From contig OX597822.1 of NCBI GenBank assembly GCA_951406725.2, positions 13,082,001 through 13,146,000 of the forward strand: a DNA stretch of 64,000 nt, read 5' to 3'. Positions 57,577 through 64,000 of this stretch are shown here, piece by piece. The position numbers were made by a program, and so were the translations under genes. Source of the stretch: Octopus vulgaris (Eukaryota). The notes beneath the pieces are model-generated. The model was given only the letters and a program-made list of their open reading frames with translations, did not search any database and had not been told where the DNA came from. Position 1 is the stretch's first letter; each line of letters starts with the position of its first letter.

Positions 57577-58562
57577 TATATATATCTTATAAGCAAGGGC
57601 TAAAGAAGATTATTCTAAAGCCAATATACTGATATTCCACATTTAATCCGCTTGCTACAGAAAATTGAACTGAAATTCGGGCAACTAATCATTGGAACGT
57701 CTAAATTTCGTTATTTCAATATTGAATCAATTTCGGAATTAACCACATAAGGGTTCGTTCTTCATCAGTTGAACTTACGAGAGAATATAATTAGGGTACT
57801 TACATGCGCCTATTGGAACAGCCGAAGCGAATAACACAAATACATCTAAGTAACTCAACTATATCTAAAAATAAAAATTCTTATGTCAGTCTCAGGACAA
57901 CATGTTGACTTTCCGCCGATACATATTGTAGTGGTTACAAGTCCCCTGTAGCAAGCAGTAATGAGTTTACTACTATTAAAAAAGGTTTAAGTTTTTTTCT
58001 TTAGAGAAAAGTATTCCATCAGGAAGTGTGGCAGTATATTAAAAGAACCTTTACGCTTCTTTTAATATACTAACTGATGAAGAACGAACCCTTATGTGGT
58101 AAATTCCGAAATTGATTCAATATTGAAATAACGAAATTTAGACGTTCCAATGGTTAGTTGCCCGAATTTCAGTTCAATTTTCTGTAGCAAGCGGATTAAA
58201 TGTGGAATATCAGTATATTGGCTTTAGAATAATCTTCTTTAGCCCTTGCTTATAAGATATTTATAATTTAATATACTGCTACACTTCCTGATGGAATTCT
58301 TTTCTGTAGGGAAAAAAACTTCATCCTTTTTTAATAGTATATATATATATGTATGTGTGTGTATGTTTGTATGTCTGTGTTTGTCCCCCCTCAACATCGC
58401 TTGACAAACAAGGCTAGTGCGTTTACGTCCTCGTGACTTAGCGGTTCGCCTAAAGAGAATGATAGAATAAGTATTGAGCTTACAATAAGATCTGGGGTTG
58501 ATTTGCTCGACTACAGGCGGTGCTCCAGCATGGCCACAGTTACATGACTGAAACAAGTAAAG
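57339..58562 (+). mobile_element. SINE family A split by a fold-back module in its central (TA)n
   Basis: Head 57339-57505, tail about 58370-58562. Confidence 0.8.
57582..58340. mobile_element. Fold-back module with hammerhead in each arm
   Basis: 57582-57770 inverted to 58072-58260; 57970-58043 inverted to 58267-58340. Minus 57715-57773: ttcaa CTGATGA agaacgaacc...ggttaattcc GAAA ttgattcaa TA ttgaa. Confidence 0.85.
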
Positions 58563-58689
58563 AGTATATATGCATGTGTATATATATACATATATATATA
58601 TATACACACACACATGAATATATATATACGTATATATATATGTATATATATATATGTGGGTGGGGGGTGTATGTATGTATGTATATATG

Positions 58690-59400
58690 GGTACTGGACG
58701 TCACCAACAACAAACAACATGAAATACGAAAACATAACTACATTTATATTATTTATATTATTATTTGTCTGAACGCCACGCATCCATTTGCAAGTAAGTT
58801 TATCTTAGCCTTTTTGATGTGACTCTACTTTATACTGTTTTTTCCCCATCCTTCTCTAATTCCATTTTCTTCCCTTCACCGTTTTCTATCTGTTTCTCTC
58901 TCTCTCCCCATCTTTCTCTCACTCTTTCTCTCTCTCTCTCTCTCTCTTGTTGCTCATACGGGATCATCGTCCATCTTCCTTTTCCTCACGTGACTATCTT
59001 TCTTTTCCTCAGGACGTCCTAACGACTGGACTTCTTCTATCACTCTCTTCTATCTTTTCTCTTTTCAAAGAAAATATTTCTCTAGCAATTTTACTCTGGT
59101 TCTGGTCAAAGGAGCCACCATGTTTGTTTTCGTTCGGTTTCCTTGTATTTGTCCACTACCCAGTTTTTGTTCCCACTTTGACCCTCCATAAATTATTTTG
59201 TTATTTATGGGAGCAACTGTCTTCGAAGACTCATATTGTCGTTCAATGCTCGAAATGAGGAGTAGATAGCCGAAAACTGATGAAGGGTTGTTCTATGTTG
59301 TACATGTCCCGTTTTCAATTTTTTTCTCTCGTGGTTTGAGTATTTAACTCATTTATTTTTGTATTTCATGTTGTTTGCTGTTGGTGACGTCCTGTACCAT
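58690..59400. repeat. Module with about 45-bp terminal inverted repeats between TA-rich tracts
   Basis: gtactggacgtcaccaacaacaaacaacatgaaatac / gtatttcatgttgtttgctgttggtgacgtcctgtac. Confidence 0.7.
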
Positions 59401-59449
59401 TATATGCATATATATGTGTGTATATATATAATGCATATATATATGCATG

Positions 59450-59490
<41 letters not shown>

Positions 59491-59525
59491 CGTTCATTAT
59501 CATATTTGGAGATATATATACATAC

Positions 59526-59559
<34 letters not shown>

Positions 59560-61594
59560 TTTGTATGTATATATATACATATATACATACATATATGTGT
59601 GTGTATGTATGTATATATGTAAGTGCATGTATGCGCAGGAAGTGCAAGAAGACTGAATGGTTAAGTAGAGCGCTTCGTAAACACGAGGTCATTGTTCGAT
59701 TCCACAATATTGCAACTTGAACAGATGCTATTATTTGGGACAAACCGTGTAGATGTATTCAAATATTTTCTTTTCCCAACGAGATCAAATGAAAGAATTC
59801 AGATCACCCTGTAGAGTATATTAGTTATTGAAAGCGAATTGTTTTTTCTCGGAAATTGTGCCATCCATTTCAATGTCCATATCATCAATGCTTTAGAATC
59901 TTTTTAATCTGTTACGTTCGAAAACCCACTGAAATCACGCATCACTGTTATTAAAGCTAGTAATCGCTTTTAAATTTTGGGATAAAGCCTGTAATTTCAG
60001 GGGAGTGGATAAATCGATTACATGAACTCTAGTGATCAACTGCTACTTATTTTATCAACTCTGAAATGACGAAAAGCAAAGTTGATCTCGGTGGAATCTC
60101 ACTGAGCATTTTGTCTAGCGAGTTAACCATTCTAACCGGTTCGTCATCTTGAAGTCCATATAATATTATTCATTATTATGAAAATAACAGAATTTTATTT
60201 AAATAGCAAATATTCGGATCTGATAATCATATCCAAAATTTTATGTCATAAAATGTTGGACGATGTTCTACATGATTTCTTTATTAATATTCTACATTCG
60301 TCTATTTATAGCATATTTTAAAATAATGACCAAGTTTCAATTTTATTTTTTATTCATCATAAAAATTGATAAAAGTTGAATGCTTTTTGCATATTTTCAC
60401 CGTACAAAAATCGCATAACTTGTTATATTAATTGTCGCGTCCACCCATACATTCCTCATTAACATCGATTTTCTTGAAATCAGAAGATTCCAGTTCTTCA
60501 TACAAATAGAAATTCTTTGTGCCCTCAGGTTATTTCTCATGGCATATATTTTTAATGACTCTACATCTGTCTCCGTTTTAATCATGTTCCAAGTAATTTT
60601 TTCAACACAATGTCACGACCTGATCATGTTACCTCTTCATTTGTGAATGCCATCACCTTCATTTCATATTTCCCCCACACGAAACATCAAACTACCACCA
60701 CATCAACCCACACCGCTACACCAAATTACCACAAAAAATTCCCCACTCTATACAACAAAACCACACCAGAGCAAGTCATCACAACACCACACCACAGAAT
60801 GTAACCATTAAAAGGCTTGTACATAAGCTGTATCGAGTTGATGTAGAATATCCTGTTATTACAACCATTTTCTTTTGTTTCTTTCTTTAAACAATTTGCT
60901 CTACTTTAATGAGTTTATTTCTTTATTGATTGAACTAAAGTACATCAGAAGTGGCAGTCATTTCCGTGTTTTTTTTTTGTCAGAAATTTGAGTGAATCTA
61001 GATAAAAATTCGTAGCGGAATGTTGTGTATCTTTTCTTTGGTCATTTACTCGTTTCTGAATGGACTGCAGCCATGCTGATTTTGAATCGGACTAATTAAC
61101 CCCAGTCTTAATTTTAAACTCTGGTAATTAATGTCTTGCTTTATAAACTTTTCGCTAAATTACCGGAACATAAAAAAGTCTACACCAATGGTGGAGCAGA
61201 AGACACAGAGACAAAGACACAAACATACGCACCAACACACTCACACACATACATGCATAAATATGCAGGCATACACATTTATGTATATGTACATATAAGG
61301 CGGGTTTCAACATAGTTTCCGTCTACCATATTCATTCATAATGCATTGGTCAGCCTGGATTTCTAGCAGAAGATACATGGCCTAGGAGCCTCTCGAAGTG
61401 GAACTGAACTGGAAACCACATTTTTCAAAAGCGAGCTTCATAAACACAAACCCATAAGTCCCAATTAGACACTAGAGTCGATGTGATTGTTTTGCCCCAC
61501 CTCTCAAAATTTCCGACATTGTATCTATTTTCTTTTAAATATTAGCAACAAGAACAGCCGTATATTTTCCCATCAACAGAGATTTTAATGGTCA

Positions 61595-61661
61595 CAGTCC
61601 TCGAACGCTCAAATGCATTGTCTTCTTCTAATAAGACAATGCATTGATCGTTCGAGGACTG
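61595..61661. other. 67-nt near-perfect hairpin
   Basis: cagtcctcgaacgctcaaatgcattgtctt / aagacaatgcattgatcgttcgaggactg, 8-nt loop. Confidence 0.8.
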
Positions 61662-61936
61662 GCGTTCGAGGTACGCCAAACATCGTATAACGCCCTTGCA
61701 CTTCACCTCGATTTTCAGACCTTCCGATGCCAATATCCGTATGTTTCATTAAACATCAAGCGTGGTTGTGAGGTAAGAAGTTTACTCCCCAACCACATGG
61801 TTCCGGTTTCAGTCCCACTGCGTTATAAATGCGATCAAAGTCTAATGAGTGGATTTGGTAGATGGAAACTGTGTGTGTGTGTGTGTGCAATATATAATAT
61901 GATATACGTATACATATATGTCAATATCTATCTATG

Positions 61937-61983
<47 letters not shown>

Positions 61984-61986
61984 ATA

Positions 61987-62162
<176 letters not shown>

Positions 62163-62172
62163 TGTATGTATG

Positions 62173-62232
<60 letters not shown>

Positions 62233-64000
62233 TTACGCCCGTTTCAAGCGGCTACATTTCATCGTTCAATGCAAACATTACATCGCTTTCCTCAAAGGCA
62301 TAAAATCATATAGGGTTTCAACATACAGGATACTCCATTAGAATTTTTTTAGCATATTCCTCGTCACAACTAGAGAAAAAAAGAAATACGCGGTTATTGC
62401 TAATATTATAGCAGAATGCACTTAAGGAGAAAATGCCCCCAACTATAATTTAGAGTGTCAGAAGAGAATAACAATGGGGGCCAAGAAATCGTAATGTAGC
62501 TACATTTATCTTTCTCCTTGTCACAGTCAAAAGATCCAATTCAACTAGTATTCAACATCTTAGAATTAAAAACCATTGGGAACTGACAGTTAAGTTCTTG
62601 CTGCTGGTAATAAATTAATTAATGTCAGATACTTTTCCCCGCTCCCGTTTTACTGTGACTATAAATTCGCCATGACTTCATAAAAGAACATGCCTCAGAA
62701 GATGCCAGCAAGATAATGGTATATATTCCGAAGGCGGAAAGGCAGGGGTGACAAACTATATTAGGATTATCTATTAAAAGGGGCCTAAAATAGAAAAAAA
62801 AGGGGTTACAATGAGATCTAAGGGGTCATTAAGAGTACAGAGAAAAATTGTATATCTAAATTCAGCGAAATTCATATATTATTATATTTGTATATTAAAT
62901 AATAAAATTTAGAAAGGGATTTAAGGACCAAGTAGGAGAAAGAGGATAGATAAACCAGTCTAAGCCTTAAAAAGTGGGGTACTTTTATATGAAATAGAAA
63001 CCTCAATGCTTCATCCTAACATATTGTTAAGGTGGTCCTGATAAAACTATTCAACAATGAACCTATATAATTAAATTAAGATTTTATCCGAGAAGGGGTG
63101 CACATTTTCTGTTGACTGAAATCCAAAGATTAATGGCCAAAAATACGATGATAAATTCTATAACAGATAAATTTATTTAAAAACCTTGGATAAACATGAT
63201 TATATAAAAAATTTTTCAACGTTATGAAAACATCTTAAAGGATATAAGAAGGTATAAAAATACCACATATATATATACAAAAAAATCACATATATATGTA
63301 TATATAAATATATATATATATATTATAATTATAAAAAGTAAATACAAATTAATGAATGTAAATGCCATATTGTATTATATTATACCATGATTAATTATAG
63401 AGAGAAGTTACAACCCTTCACAATTCACAGAAGTTATACCAGTATATACGAGGTAAATAGGTATACAAAATACAAAATATAATTAATATAACATAATATA
63501 AAATAATAAATAAAAATAAGTATAAATAATAAATAAAGTAAAAAAGAATAAAAGGAAGAAATATTTATATAAAATTTCAATAAAGAATTTATAAAATGAA
63601 AAATTAGACATTGTGAAATCTATTAAATACTTACTGGATATAAAAAGAGTTAAAAGATTAAAAAAATAATAATATATAATCTTACCTTATCTTATACATA
63701 TATAAAAACAAGTTGTCTGTTTGTCAGTCTGTTTATGTCAAGTTGCCGTCTACACGGCTGTAACAAAACGCATGGAATACATTTTCAAGCTAGCACTAGA
63801 ATCGAAATCAGATCTTCAATAAATAGTATTTTCCAAAACAATAGATTCACTTATTTCGGTTAGTGACTTATACCGAATATATGTTTCTTCATTACCCACA
63901 AAGAGAAGACAAACAAGGACAGACAAACGGATTAAGTCGATTATACAAATGCACTGTCATCACAAAGGTCACTGTACTCTATGTAGCAACCAACCACATA

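Noticed and set aside
59250-59300. GAAA...TA...CTGATGA as a type-II hammerhead
   Set aside because: Stems do not pair convincingly.
62400-63680. AT-rich, strand-skewed stretch as a mitochondrial insertion
   Set aside because: No mitochondrial protein, rRNA or tRNA motif could be read in the frames tried.

Overview
AT-rich animal genomic DNA, dense in microsatellites ((TA)n, (CA)n, (TAGA)n, (TATG)n). The SINE and microsatellite landscape suggests a cephalopod, probably Octopus (inference). No host protein-coding gene can be supported, and most ORF-track entries are microsatellite artefacts. The window is a mosaic of mobile DNA: CR1/L2-group LINE 3' fragments, an R4/Dong-type LINE, old RTE and Tx1-like relics, a near full-length mariner, Tc1/maT relics, MITEs, non-autonomous Helitrons and many tRNA-derived SINEs. 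The main unexplained signal is a dispersed set of minimal type-I hammerhead ribozyme motifs (stem I-CUGANGA-stem II-GAAA-short, usually palindromic stem III-NUH-stem I'). They sit in non-coding fold-back or pseudo-LTR modules, mostly next to (TA)n tracts, and look like non-autonomous Penelope-like or retrozyme-like elements. One hammerhead appears to belong to a tRNA-headed SINE later split by a Dong-like LINE. All coordinates and alignments were read by eye.
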